Assembly: GCA_951406725.2 (NCBI GenBank)
Contig: OX597821.1
Location: forward strand, 89,404,001-89,468,000
Direction: 5' to 3'
DNA: 64,000 nucleotides
DNA from: Octopus vulgaris
Taxonomy: Eukaryota
Shown one piece after another: positions 49,851 to 64,000 of the stretch. A program made the translations under genes and the position numbers. A model generated the notes under the pieces. It was not told the origin of the DNA. It saw only the letters and a list, made by a program, of their open reading frames with translations, and ran no database searches. Numbering within the stretch: the first letter of the stretch is position 1; each line of letters opens with the position of its first letter.

Positions 49851-50780
49851 AAGATATAAGAAAAAGTTCATAAATGAGGCCCTTTTGCTTGTAACTGATC
49901 TGTAAGAAAAACAAATGGTGAAATGTTTGGCCAAAATCAACTTCAATTCAGTAGACCTATGACGAAAAGACTTCCATCCATGACTGTCCTGTATAATATG
50001 GGAACAGCATTGTTCAATGTATCTTTCTTTATTTAAAGACGGCATTGTGAGATCTGAGGAAAATTTGGTAGCTTTTACTAGCTAGCTGAGTACCCATATA
50101 TGTGCTCCCTCATTAGCATGTTACATAGAAAGTAAGATTAATTAAATCAACTTATTTCAAACATTTGAGCCTCTGCCAGAAATTAATAATAAATGAAACT
50201 TCTTTCATTTTATTATCAAAATATTTGGATTTGAATCTCAATTCACAGAAATTCTTTATCTTTAGTATGGTATCAGTGGTGTTGGAAGCGAGGTTGGGGT
50301 GGATGAGATTATGTGTGGTAATTGTAAAACATTTTCTTCTGTTGGTTGAACAATACGTAGACGGTTTATCGCTTTTTTTTTTGTTTTTGTTCAAATTTAT
50401 TTGTAACACTATTCACATTTTTCACAAAGATTAGTTCTTTTGATTCTCATATATCTTGAGAGTAAAAGAAAAATGGAAAGCACTGTTAATTAATCTCTCA
50501 AGCCTTCATAGTGCAAAAGTAAAAAAAAAAAATAATGTTATTTTATGCTAAGATATGAAAGGTGAGTTTGTAAGTGATAGGTTTCTGGCAAAATAAATAT
50601 TTAAATAAAAATCTTCAAATTATTTGGAGTGAAAGGGAGGGCCTCAAAATGTCAATTCGAAAAGATAATTATACAAAGGAAAAACAAATACCATATAACT
50701 GAGTCTTGAAAGGGAAATATTGTCTTAAGTTTGGGGGAATTTTCTTTATAAAATAATATCTTATTTATTTTTTCGTTTTC

Positions 50781-51105
50781 AGCATGGCTGTATGGTAAGA
50801 AGCTTGCTTCCCAACCACATGGTTGTGGGTTCACTCCCACTGTGTGAAACCTTGGGCAAGTGTTTTGTATTAAAGTCTTGGGTTAACCAAGGTGGATTTG
50901 GTAGATGGAAACTGAAGGGAGCCCTTCATATATATACATATACATACATACATACATATACATATATATATATATATATATATATGGCGTTAGGAAGGGC
51001 ATCCAGCTGTAGAAACACTGCCAGATCAGACTGGAGCCTGGTGCAGCCCCTGGCTTCCCAGACCCCGGTCGAACCGTCCAAACGGACGTTAAACGATGAT
51101 GATGA

Positions 51106-51202
<97 letters not shown>

Positions 51203-51833
51203 TATATATATCTGTGTATGTCTTTGCATCTGTGTTTACATCACTGTAACTTAGCAGTTTGGTGAAAGAGACTGATGAAATAAGTACCAGGCTTCAAGAA
51301 ATAAATCCTGGGGTCGATTCATTTGACTAAAAATTCCTCAAGGTGGTGCCCCAGCATGGCTGCAGGTCTAATGACTGAAAAAGATGTAAAAAGAAAAAGA
51401 AATGTTCTCTTTGTGAGCTATATAGGCGCAGGAGTGGCTGTTTGGTAAGTAGCTTGCTAACCAACCACATGGTTCCGGGTTCAGTCCCACTGCGTGGCAT
51501 CTTGGGCAAGTGTCTTCTGCTATAGCCCCGGGCCGACCAATGCCTTGTGAGTGGATTTGGTAGACGGAAACTGAAAGAAGCCTGTCGTATATATGTATAT
51601 ATATATGTATATGTGTGTGTGCCTGTATGTTTGTGTTTGACCCCTAGCATTGCTTGACAACCGATGCTGGTGTGTTTACGTCCCCGTCACTTAGCGGTTC
51701 GGCAAAAGAGACTGATAGAATAAGTACTGGGCTTACAAAGAATAAGTCCCGGGGTCGATTTGCTCGACTAAAGGCGGTGCTCCAGCATGGCCACAGTCAA
51801 ATGACTGAAACAAGTAAAAAGAGTAAAAAGAGT
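50781..51833 (+). mobile_element. Two consecutive family B SINEs; the first contains an RTE 3' end (50986-51108)
   Basis: Family matches; second head at ~51424. Confidence 0.85.
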
Positions 51834-52176
51834 ATTTCAGAGATGGAAGAAAAGTTCTGATGAGCTTTCAAGGCCTTTCAAGCTCAGATTGCTTAGAGAA
51901 ATGTAATTGATAATTACTTTTGAAATCTGTAGGAAGCAGATCCTTTTATTCTTTTATTTGTTTCAGTTATTTGACTGCGGCCATGCTGGAGCACTGCCTT
52001 TAGCTGAGCAAGTCGAATCCAGGACTTATTCTTTGTAAGCCTAGTACTTATTCTATCGGTCATGTACCCCCACTGATGGCTGGGCCTCTACAGGCATGAC
52101 AACAAAAACAAGCTGGTGTGTCAGGCAGGTCTCAACAGAAGGATTGGAGTTCAGACTAACAGATATCAATGCAGTG

Positions 52177-52497
52177 TGAAAGCACGTGGCTTAGTGCTTA
52201 GGGGTCATATCTGGTTCATGATCGTAAAGTCATGAATTTGATTCTCAGCAGTGCCTTGTGTCCTTGAGCAAGACTCTTTGTTTCACATAGGTTCAGTTCA
52301 CTCAGCTGACAAAAATGTATGTGTATTTCAAAAGGCCAGCCTTTTCACATTCTGTGTCCTGCTGAATCTCCGTGAGATCTACATTAAGGGTACGCATGTC
52401 TGTGGGGTACTCAGCTACTTGCACGTACATTACCTAAGCAGGCTGTTCAATTGGTTCAACCTACTAGAATCCTTGTTGTTATAACCAATGGAGTGCC
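52177..52497 (+). mobile_element. Old SINE with an E-like head/core and the 3' module of the 34509 copy
   Basis: GTGTCCTTGAGCAAGAC core; 52322-52497 aligns with 34713-34890. Confidence 0.7.
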
Positions 52498-52511
52498 AGT
52501 TTTTTACCAGT

Positions 52512-52593
<82 letters not shown>

Positions 52594-52637
52594 CAGCAGC
52601 AATAGTTGTAGTAGTAGTAGTAGTGGTGGTGGTTGTG

Positions 52638-52702
<65 letters not shown>

Positions 52703-52771
52703 TGTGGTTGTAGTAGTAGTAGTAGTAGTAGTAGTGGTGTTGGTTGTAGTAGTGGTGGTTGTAGTAGTGGC

Positions 52772-52813
<42 letters not shown>

Positions 52814-52832
52814 TGTTGTTGTAGTAGTAGTA
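52512..52832. repeat. (TAG)n microsatellite
   Basis: Direct inspection. Confidence 0.95.
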
Positions 52833-53165
52833 AAAGAAAGCAGAAACAAATAGCACAGTTGTCAGCCCTAAACCTTTATATTTGGGAACAAAGGTATTCC
52901 AGCCATGATGTTCTCATCTTTTATTCAGACAATTATCTAAGAGATACTTTAGTCAATGTGTACTTTCTTTTTGAAGACAAAAGGCTGTGAATTGAAAGAG
53001 ATTTAGCTGCTATTTCTACTAGTTTGGGACATCATGTAGCAACTCCCAGTTTGGCCAGAGATAGTCTTCATTGTTGCTGCAGTTGTTAATCTCCTGGTCA
53101 GCACTAATCAGATAAACCCATGATCAAAGACATTCCAGTTATGATCATCCTGTTTTATAGGCATA

Positions 53166-53538
53166 CTAGCAGTATCGCCCGGCGTTGCTCAGGTTTGTAA
53201 GGGAAATAACTATAAAGCATTTTTAGAGAGTTATAGCCAAAAAATAGCAAAAAAATGGTAAATTTTTTTCGAGAGTTAAAAAAGGTGGAGTCGCGTCCCC
53301 TAGACAGTTTGCGGTTTGTGTTTCTGATTCTCGACCCCATGTCGAATTTATCGGGTTTCTTTTCAGAACTGGGGGAACTTTTCAAAATTTTCGCTGCGTT
53401 AGTTTTGAATTATGACATTGGGCTATGTGTGTGTCAAGTTTCATCAGAATCGGTTGAAAGCCGTGGTCAGGGTGAGGGTACAAGCAAACAGACACACAGA
53501 AACACGCACAGACAAACTGCCGTTTATATAGAGAGAGA
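53166..53538 (-). mobile_element. Non-autonomous Helitron
   Basis: Minus strand A|TCTCTCTCTATATAAAC 5' end, hairpin CCTGAGC-AAC-GCCGGG, and CTAG|T 3' end. Confidence 0.85.
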
Positions 53539-53880
53539 TTTAGAACTCTATTATCTACATCCTTGCTTTTTTTTTTTTTACAGACAGCTAGGTCTGGTTT
53601 TTGAGAAATTTGGCTGCTATTTCTAGCAAGTTAAGAAACCACACAGACACTTCCCTATTAGCTGGTGCTAATGTTTATATGATAGTTAATGTTGTTGATG
53701 ACTGAAATTTTGCCAATCAAGCTAATGGTCTTCTTTTGGAAGAATTTCAATTTTAAAATTAAATATACATGTACATTTTCCAAAAGTGAAGAAAGCAGGG
53801 TTAGTTCAATGCACTGGGCAAGCTAGGCTAAGGTGCTAAAATCAAGACATCACAAATAACAATTAAAAAAAATTTAATAT

Positions 53881-54046
53881 AGGCACAGGAGTGGCTGTGT
53901 GGTAAGTAGCTTGCTAACCAACCACATGGTTCCGGGTTCAGTCCCACTGCGTGGCATCTTGGGCAAGTGTCTTCTGCTATAACCCCGGGCCGACCAATGC
54001 CTTGTGAGTGGATTTGGTAGACGGAAACTGAAAGAAGCCTGTCGTA

Positions 54047-54095
<49 letters not shown>

Positions 54096-54295
54096 ATGTC
54101 TGTGTTTGTCCCCCTAGCATTGCTTGACAACCGATGCTGGTGTGTTTACGTCCCCGTCACTTAGCGGTGTGGTAAAAGAGACCGATAGAATAAGTACTGG
54201 GCTTAAAAAGAATAAGTCCCGGGGTCGATTTGCTTGACCAGCGGTGCTCCAGCATGGCCGCAGTCAAATGACTGGAACAAGTAAAAGAAAGAATA
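53881..54295 (+). mobile_element. SINE family B
   Basis: Family match. Confidence 0.9.
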
Positions 54296-54535
54296 CAAAT
54301 TAAAAAACATGAAAACTTAGTGCTAAAGAAAGCAGGGGTAGTCATGCCTAGAAAAATAAAAAGTGGAGGGCATGAATGAATGGATGATGAGATGAGGGGC
54401 CTCTGTTGTGTTATGAACTGTCACATGATTTGGTGTGAAATACACCAAATGATATACTCAATGATATACATTATCGTCAAACTATAAATGCCTTGTAGGC
54501 AAATTATAGCTTTTGACTGCATTTTTCAGCAAGCA

Positions 54536-55390
54536 GGCACAGGCATGGCTGTGTGGTAAGAACAACATGGTTCAAGGCAGCGAGCTGGCAGAAATGTTAA
54601 CACGCCAGGCAAAATGCTTAGCAGTTTTTCATCTGTTTCTACGTTCTGAGTTCAAATTCCACCGAGGTCGACTTTGCCCTTCATCCTTTCGGGGTTGATA
54701 AATTAAGTACTAGTTGCATTCTGTGGTTGATAAATTAAGTACTAGTTGCGTTCTGTGGTCGATAAATTAAGTACCAGTTGCGTTCTGGGGTCAATAAATT
54801 AAGTACTAGTTGCGTTCTGTGGTTGATAAATTAAGTACTAGTTGCGTTCTGGAGTTGATAAATTAAGTACCAGTTGCGTTCTGGAGTTGATAAATTAAGT
54901 ACCAGTTGCATTCTGGGGTCGATCTAATCGACTAGCCCCACCTCCCTCAAAATTTCGGGCCTTATGCCTAGTGTAGAAAAGAAAAGAACATGGTTCTAGG
55001 TTCAGTTTCACCATGTGGCACCTTGGGCAAATGTCTTCTAATCTAGCCTTGGGCTGACCAAAGCCTTGTGAGTGGATTTGGTAGAGTTAACTGTAAGAAG
55101 CCCATCATGTGTGTGTGTGTGTGTGTGTGTGTGCACACACGTGCGTGCGTGAGTGTGTGTTTCTTTGTATCTGTTTGTCTCCAGCCACCACTTGAAAACC
55201 GGTGTTAGTGTGTTTACCTCCCTGTATCATAACGGTTTGGTAAAAGAGACTGATAAAATAAGTACCAGATATAGCAAAGCAAGGAAACAAATTAAGTATT
55301 GTGACTGAGTCATTCAACTAAAAATTCTTCCAGGCAGTGCTCCAGCATGGCTGCAGTCTAATGATTGAAACCAGTAGAAGATAAAAGATA
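54536..55390 (+). mobile_element. SINE family B with a nested family-A-type SINE (54577-54985) carrying seven 32-bp repeats
   Basis: TSD AACATGGTTC at 54564-54573 and 54987-54996. Confidence 0.85.
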
Positions 55391-57593
55391 GCATAATGAA
55401 GGTGACAGTCAGAGAATGTAGAAAAAAATTGGGGAAGGATCTTCTTACAATAAAACTGAAAGAAGGGAGTGCACATTGTGGGGCTGGCCTACTGTGCTTA
55501 ACACTCTGGTATTAGTCCTCAAAAAGCTTTGATGTAAACATTACATAAAAGAGACTGAAATATATTCACCCTGTTGGGTTTTGAACTTATATTTTCATAT
55601 TTGCAGCTTGGTATAATTACCACTTGCTCTTTATGCCAATGAAATTCATTTTGCTACATCATTATTTTCACACCCTTATATCTATACCTACACACTTAAA
55701 CTTTCGTTCAACTGTAAACATGTATTTGCAATTCAATTCACAGTTAACCACCCCTCACCAACCGCACATGGTATTTAATTTAAAATTAAATTTCATATCA
55801 TTTCATTTCATTTTCAAATCAATGAAATTTTGAAAAGCAAGAATGAAAGACTTCGGTCGGGGAAGCGGGGGGGGGAAACATCCCTGAAATTTCATAGTTG
55901 AACTTAAATCAAAAATTAAATGAAGAACTGAAGTATATTACTATTTGTTTGTTTAGCATCTAATTTTGCTCTTGCTCTGACATCATGTTGTTGAAACTAA
56001 AACAAATACAACCTGGAAGAGTTTAGTTATATATTAGCCATTTCAAACACATATGTATGTTGTTATATTCAATTTTGTTTCATTATATTTCATATATATT
56101 ATGTGTTATGTATCAAAATCTTTCATTCATTGTATATTTACAACCCAGGTCACATACAGATAGTATTTCTATATATATATATGTATGTATTCATTCATCA
56201 TCATCATCATCATATATATATATATATATGTATTATATATATATATCTATATATATATATATGCATTATATATATATATGTATTATATATATATCTTTAT
56301 ATATAAATATATATATATATATACATACATGGTTCATGTGTATCTCATCAGTTACAAGTTGAGTTGAAGAAATGAAAAATATAAATATACAAGTAAAATA
56401 TTTTTATTGATTCAGACTGATACAACTTTCAGGGTTTGTTTTAATGAATTTCAATTTTATGTTTGCATTTCAATAGTACTTTTTCTTTCAAAATTTATTT
56501 GATTTAATATATGTATTTTTTTTTTTAATTTAATTTATCTGGAGTTTATGAAAATATCATAGTTTCATAAATTTTGTATTTTAAGAATTGGAAAGAAAAA
56601 CTTCACCACACCAAAACAAAGAATTGAAAAGAATCTGTAATCAAGAATTTCTATTACTGAATCTGACATTATTTAACATCAACAAGATGGTAGAGTGGAA
56701 GAAATAGTAGGGCGGAGGAATAAGTGTTGAGAAATATTTACTTATAACTGTTATGATCTTGAGTTCAAAACCTGCCTTAGATAACTTTGACATTTGATAT
56801 TTCAGCGTTAGATAATGATTGCTAGTCTTTTAGCTAATTCCTCCTTTATAAACCTTGGCACTTCAATACTCGTTGAAAGTTGTAATATTTGCCAAAGAAA
56901 TAATGTGAATATACATATATAGTAGTTTACTTCAGACTAGGCATAAGATGTCATGTTTATTGAGAAGGAAATGTGAAATTATTATGCTCATGCATTTCTC
57001 GGAGGCATTATCAGTTATTGTTTAACTTAGTTCCTCACTGATTAAGCAGAATTAAATTCAAAGAAATTGAGCAGAACAAGGGGGAGACATGTGGGATGGA
57101 CAGTCATTGAAGAGGTCACAAGATGTATAATGGAAGATTTCAACAAAGGTCACTAAAATAAGAATAAGAATAAAGCAGAAATGAAGAACTAGTATAACAA
57201 TATCTGTTTCAACACACAATTTCATATCAGGAATCTTGCAAAACAAAAACATAAACATAAAAATTTGAATGAGATAATCCATCTATGTGTTTCTAGCAGG
57301 GATTCAAAACTGAATCCCTGGATACATTGTCAGACATTATGAGCAAACCACAACAGTTTTATCATATGATTGGTCTATTATGCAACTAATTAACATCAAT
57401 CCATTGTATGATTCATAAAGTGCCTCTTATTGCTAAAACTTTATGCTGAGTGCTGACACTGGTTGACCAGTTCACATGTCTCACCTCTTGCCTGGCAGAG
57501 TGTTGGAAGACAGCCAAGTGAATTGTGCTTCCACTCTTGCCAGAGACATTTGTGCAGACATCGCCAGGTTCTTAAACAGACCAAACTAAACCT

Positions 57594-58001
57594 ATTTCTT
57601 TATTACCCACAAGGGGCTAAACACAGAGGACGAACAAGGACAGACAAACGAATTAAGTCGATTATATCGACCCCAGTGCGTAACTGGTACTTAATTTATC
57701 GACCCCGAAAGGATGAAAAGCAAAGTCGACCTCGGAGGAATTTGACCTCAGAATGTAACGGCAGACGAAATATCTATTTCTTTACTACCCACAAGGGGCT
57801 AAACACAGAGAGGACGAACAAGGACAGACAAACGGATTAAGTCGATTATATCGACCCCAGTGCGTAACTGGTACTTAATTAATCGACCCCGAAAGGATGA
57901 AAGGCAAAGTCGACCTCGGCGTAATTTGAACTCAGAACGTAACGGCAGACGAAATACGGCTACACACTTTGCCCGGCGTGCTAACGCTTCAGCCAGCTCG
58001 C
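57594..58001 (-). mobile_element. SINE family A dimer (head plus two body units)
   Basis: TSD ACCAAACTAAACCT at 57580-57593 and 58004-58017. Confidence 0.9.
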
Positions 58002-58283
58002 AAACCAAACTAAACCTTCACACAATATCTCATAAGTAACTTCTTTTGATGATGTTGTGAGGATAGACATTCGCACCCTTGTGTGATAAAATGGTGGACT
58101 TGTCGAATTGTCATAAAATGTAATGTGTCTCATTGAGACAAGGAAGAAGGTGTTGAAATCTTCTGTGTTGGTAGTCAGGAGTTACATCTGTGAATAAATT
58201 GCTTTATCCCCACTTTGTCAAAATCATATATCTGCAACCGAGGATATGAAAGGTGAAATGCAATTTTTCCATCTCTCCCAGCA

Positions 58284-58686
58284 TAGGTGCAGGAGTGGCT
58301 GTGTGGTAAGTAGCTTGCTAACGAACCACATGGTTCCGGGTTCAGTCCCGCTGCATAGCACCTTGGGCAAGTGTCTTCTGCTATAGCCCTGGGCCGACCA
58401 ATGCCTTGTGAGTGGATTTGGTAGACGGAAACTGAAAGAAGCCCGTCATATATATGTATATATATGTGTGTGCGTGTATGTCTGTGTGTCTGTGTTTGTC
58501 CCCCTAGCATTGCTTGACAACCGATGCTGGTGTGTTTACGTCCCCGTTACTTAGAGGTTCGGCAAAAAGAGACCGATAGAATAAGTACTGGGCTTACGAA
58601 AGAATAAGTCCCGGGGTCAAGTTGCTCGATTAAAGGTGGTGCTCTAGCATGGCCGCAGTCAAATGACTGAAACAAGTAAAAGAGTA
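58284..58686 (+). mobile_element. SINE family B
   Basis: Family match. Confidence 0.9.
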
Positions 58687-59412
58687 TGTAATTATTGTTC
58701 TTATTATTTGTAAAAGACCAATACAGTTAAAACTCTATGTGCAATAATAAAATCTTTTACTAATTGCTCATGAGTGTTGTTAGTTACTTCTTTGTGCAGC
58801 CTTAGAAATACATGTTCATTCACTAACTCAGCAGTTACCATAATAGCAGCATAACCATATGCATGGCATGTTAAAGTTAACTTTGAAAATGCTTAAAGAT
58901 TTGGAGAGATTTGATAAAATAATTAACTTTGTTATAGTTAAGTTAGTAACATACAGAAAAGAGAGTAATATTTCGAACCAGTATCGCCATGGAAACAGCA
59001 GAAAGATGGGTATTTTACCATTATATGAGAGAAAATGTTGTCAGCAAGCAGCTAGTCTTTCTGCTGTTTACATGACTATACTGCGTTCAAAATATTACTT
59101 TTCTTGTCTGTATTATATAATACACATTTGATGGTTCTAGAAACATAAAACAAAAGTTTGTTTACATATGTTATTAAGTTACTGTTTAGAACAAAACATA
59201 ATAAAAGATGCTTTCATAAAATTATGGCGAAATGTTTTGATTTAAATATGAATTCTTTAAAATGACAAGTTTTATGTCATAGATGCAGGAGTGATTCTGG
59301 GTAGGATAGTATCACAAGGGGTAACTACCCTTCACACGTAACATATGTGAAACTATATCACAAGGTCTGACCTTCCTCTTGCATGCAAGAAAATACTCCA
59401 GTTATGATAAGA

Positions 59413-59810
59413 TGTGTGGTAAGTAGCTTGCTTACCAACCACATGGTTCTGGGTTCAGTCCCACTGCGTGGCACCTTGGGCAAGTTTCTTCTACTATAGC
59501 CTCGGGCCAACCAAAGCCTTGTGAGTGGATTTGGTAGACGGAAACTGAAAGAAGTCTGTCACATGTATGTATATGTATATATATGTGTGTGTGTGTTTGT
59601 GTGTCTGTGTTTGTCCCCCCCCCCAACATCACTTGACAACCGATGCTGGTGTGTTTACGTCCCGGTAACTTAGCAGTTCAGCAAAATAGACAGATAGAAT
59701 AAGTACTAGGCTTACAAAGAATAAGTCCTGGAGTCAATTTGCTCGACTACAGATGGTGCTCCAGTATGGCCACAGTCACATGACTTAAACAAGTAAAAGA
59801 GTAAAAGAGA
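59413..59810 (+). mobile_element. SINE family B
   Basis: Family match. Confidence 0.88.
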
Positions 59811-60004
59811 GTATCTGCAAAGCGCAATCAAGGAAGACCTACAAGGGTCTGATTCTTCATCTGTGATGGTACTGCTACAAGTTACAGAGACATCCAAGAT
59901 ATCTTTATGAAAGCAATTTGGTTGAATTTTCAAAGGATCACTCTCCAGTACACTACAACCTCTGGTTCACAAATGTGCTGGCTTCCTCTCTCTATGTAGA
60001 TTTC

Positions 60005-60005
60005 T

Positions 60006-60039
<34 letters not shown>

Positions 60040-60071
60040 AACTACAACAACAACAACAACAACTACAACTG

Positions 60072-60163
<92 letters not shown>

Positions 60164-60165
60164 TA
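60005..60165. repeat. (ACT)n/(ACA)n/(AAT)n microsatellite
   Basis: Direct inspection. Confidence 0.95.
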
Positions 60166-60771
60166 AAAAAAATGAACGAACTACTGCTGCTGCTGCTGCT
60201 GGTGCTAACTACAATGTACTACTACTGAGTTTCTTTGCCCTACTACTACTAGCAAGAAATGGAACAAATTTAATAATAATAAAAAAAGTAATAATAATAA
60301 TAACTGTGCTCGTCTGGATTGGCTATTTGCTTAAAATCATAGACATTGCTCGCTAGCAAGTATGATCTGGTAGCATGTGCCAGGCCTTCACTAATTGTTT
60401 TAGGTGCCTATGTTTATTGTGAGCTGACATTGACACTCTCACAGCCTCTCACACTTGATCCTATGAAACTTTGAGAATGTGGGAAAGAGAACTGCATTAA
60501 CATTTTCCTGGTCTTCATTTTCAGCTGAATTGAGTCAAACAGCATGAAATAAAATGCCCTGTTTAATGGCACAAAGCAATATTCAATCGAGGAATTGAAC
60601 CCATGATTTTGTAATCAGAAGTCCAACTCTCTAACCATTTGCTTACCCACCTCCAAGCCCGCCCACCCACATGCATTAACAATAGATTGCTAACCCTACT
60701 TATCTCTCATCCTTATAGAACCAAGCCCTGCCGGGAAAAATTTCCTTCAATCCTTCTTTCCCGGAACATTG

Positions 60772-61197
60772 ATTTTTATCTTTTATCTTTTACTTGTTTC
60801 AGTCAATTGACTGCGGCAATGCTGGGGCACCGTCTTGAAGAATTTTAGTCAAACGAATTGACCCCAATACTTGCTATTTTGTAAAGTGTGGTACCTATTT
60901 TATCAGTCACTTTTGCCAAACCTCTCTGTTACTGGGACATCAGCACTGGTTATCATGCAGTGGCAGGGGACAAACACGGACACGCTCACACTCACACACA
61001 CACACACACACACACACATGCACACACAAACACGACGGGCTTCTTTCAGTTTTTATCTATCAAATCCACTCACAAGGTTTTTGGTTGGGCTGAGGTTATA
61101 GTAGAAGACACATGCCCAAGGTGCCATGTAGTGGGACTGAACCCAGAACCATGTGGTTTGGAAGCAAACTTCTTACCACACAGCCACACCTGCACCT
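60772..61197 (-). mobile_element. SINE family B (older subfamily)
   Basis: Family match. Confidence 0.85.
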
Positions 61198-61862
61198 ATT
61201 TGTGAAAAAATTCTATCAGGTATTATTTTACCAGTGAGATATTCAAACTTGACATCGGCCGAATCAACTTCACCAGTCTTGGAGAGCCCATCATGAGCAC
61301 GGTCTCCATCTATCTGCCTGTCTGTCTGTCTCTCTTTCTCCCTCCCCCCTTCTCTCTCTCCATCAGTATACATTCATCAGTAAAAATTCCACCAAAACTG
61401 TAGAATCTGACAAATCAGACTTTAGCCTCTGTTCTTCCAGACTATTTCAAAATAAATACCAGACTACATTAAAATAAATAAATTTTTCAAACCCTTGATC
61501 TGTTAATCTGTGGAGTTGATATTTTGTATTCTGCAGTTTAATTGGGTCAGACAAATTGTTCTGATTTTCATTTCAGGCCATTATTAAGTATTTATGCTAT
61601 ATTGACTTGAGCTAAAATGAACTTGTGTTTTTAAGTATTAGTTTCAATCTAAAAAATATGAGAAATGACTAGTCATAAAAAAATAATTGGACATTTAAAG
61701 CCATCTTTTGTGTTGGCTTTTTTTTCTTTCATTACGCATAGAAACATTTGCATGTGTGTGGTTGTGTGCAAGTACGAATGCATATATATATGCATGCATA
61801 TATATATACACACACACACAAACACACATATATACATACACACACATATATATATATACACA

Positions 61863-62282
61863 AGGCGGCGAGCTGGCAGACACGTTAGAGCGCCGGGCGA
61901 AATGCTTAGCGGTATTTCATCTGTCGTTACGTTCTGAGTTCAAATTCCACCGAGGTCAACTTTGCCTTTAATCCTTTCGGGGTCGATAAATAAAGTACCA
62001 GTTTCACACTGGGGTCGATGTAATCGACTTAATCCCTTTGTCTGTCCTTGTTTGTCCCCTCTATGTTTAGCCCCTTGTGAGCAATAAAGAAATATATAGC
62101 ATGACTCTTTGATACCAGTGTGTAAGAGGAAGTACAGGAAAAGATTGATAAGAATAATTATTTCAGATACAAGATAAATAAAGTACCAGTTTCGCACTGG
62201 GGTCGATGTAATCGACTTAATCCCTTTGTCTGTCCTTGTTTGTCCCCTCTATGTTCAGCCCCTTGTGGGCAATAAAGAAATA
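61863..62282 (+). mobile_element. SINE family A plus a second copy of its 3' part (62173-62282)
   Basis: Family match. Confidence 0.85.
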
Positions 62283-63021
62283 TATATACATATATACATA
62301 TGTATACACACTCATGCATAAATATATATAGATGTGTATATCTATATATCTATATATATATATATTTATATTTGTATGTGTGTGTATGTGTGCATGTATA
62401 TGTATGTACATGAATATGTATGTGTGTTTATATATATATATATGTCTGTAAATGAGTGTGAGTGTATGCATGTATTTTACATATGTGTATGCATACATGT
62501 TTATATAATCAGACATTTCCGTAATACGCTAAAGAGAACAATTGCACTTTATTTCTCCCCTCACAACATACCCTCCTCTATACGTATGCATAAATACATA
62601 ACATAAAAACAAAAAAATTACCATTCCTTACACTTTGCAGACCTTATTCTAGATGCTTCTATCCTACCCACTTCTTCAGCATTTATAAAACAATAGATTT
62701 TAAGGGAGGGTACAGGGAACAGTTTGTTTTTTGGGGTTATTTTTTATATCTTTGGGATGTATTTGATCTGTAAGAGAAAAAGGATAGTTAGAAACAAAGG
62801 GAGATAATCTGTCTGTGTGTGTGAAGGGAAGAGGTGTGGTGGAAGTTCAGCAAAATATGAGTTTCGATTGGAGAGAAATGATTAGGTCAGCAGACCTTGT
62901 GACGAAGGGTGTGCTCTATCGGAGATTGCATTATTTTTCACCCAACTCCTGTCATACAGAGGTTAATTTGGAACTGGAAGCTGTTTTAGGGAGGGGAATA
63001 GGGTAAGTGAAGCTAACAAAC

Positions 63022-63204
63022 TAGATAGATAGATAGATAGATAGACAGATAGATAGATGGATAGATAGACAGAGAGATAGAGAGACAGATAGATAGATGG
63101 ATAGATAGATAGATAGACAGAGAGATAAATAGATAGACAGAGATATAGAGAGACAGAGTGATAGATAGATAGATAGATAGATAGATAAATAGGTACATAG
63201 ATAA

Positions 63205-63288
<84 letters not shown>

Positions 63289-63455
63289 CTAAAAAGACGG
63301 AAAGACAAACACACAGACAGACAGATAGATAGATAGATAGATATATAGATAGATAAAAAGACAGACAGACAGATAGATAGATAGATAGATATATAGATAG
63401 ATAAAAAGACAGAAAGACAGATAGATAGATAAAGAGACAGACAGTCAGATAGATA
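63022..63455. repeat. (GATA)n/(GACA)n microsatellite
   Basis: Direct inspection. Confidence 0.95.
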
Positions 63456-64000
63456 CTGGGGTTGGTGGAGAGAAATAGTTAGATTGAAGAAGGGATGTCG
63501 AGAGATGCATGCACCGAAAGATAGATAGTAATAAAGATAGAAACAAAGCTACAGGGTTAAATGATAATCATAGATAGCCAGATATATAGCTAGGTAAATG
63601 CATTAATGAATAGATATGTAGTGATATGGTTACATGATGGAAAGTTAGCAAGCTTGCTAGCTAGTTAGCTAGACAAAGGGATAGATGGAAAGATAGTGAG
63701 AGATGATAGGTAGACAGTGTGAGAGACGGATATAAAGGGAATTATATATAAGAAACATAGATATGTAGATAGATTATGAAAGTATGAGGATTAGAGAGAG
63801 AGAGAGAGAGTGATTTAAGGAGGGAAGAAAGGGTGAGGTAGAAAGCAAGGGAAGGAAAGCAGAATTACAGGAAGAGTAGGAAGGTAAACAGATTAAGGGA
63901 GACTGAGTGAAAAAAAAGGGACAGAGAAACTTAAGGAAATAAAGACAGATAGAGGGTGGTGGACAGTAGAATATGTACTAGTGTGTGTGTGTGTGTGTGT

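Noticed and set aside
51855-51890. CTGATGA followed by a hairpin
   Set aside because: No GAAA, stem I or stem III, so not a hammerhead

Overview
AT-rich, repeat-saturated eukaryotic DNA (intronic or intergenic), not prokaryotic. The SINE and LINE types and the extreme microsatellite load resemble an Octopus (coleoid cephalopod) genome; this is inferred from repeat types, not from a search. No host protein-coding gene can be called, and most supplied ORFs are microsatellite or SINE artefacts. Supported content: dozens of tRNA-headed SINEs in about four families (labelled A, B, C, E here); RTE-type LINE RT pseudogenes and many 3' ends with (GAT)n tails; a CR1-type fragment; an intact C-terminal fragment of an R4/Dong-type LINE in (TAA)n; a Penelope-like GIY-YIG pseudogene; mariner, Tigger, piggyBac and hAT MITEs; two non-autonomous Helitrons; and a 23-copy, indel-free 72-bp array whose unit folds into a ~58-nt hairpin. 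The most interesting signal is seven short elements (nine motif copies), most next to (TA)n and arranged as fold-backs or direct repeats, each carrying a minimal type I hammerhead-ribozyme-like motif. Three of them show the compensatory U3-A8 core variant, and one lies behind a tRNA-like head. All RNA structures were read by eye and need computational and biochemical confirmation.
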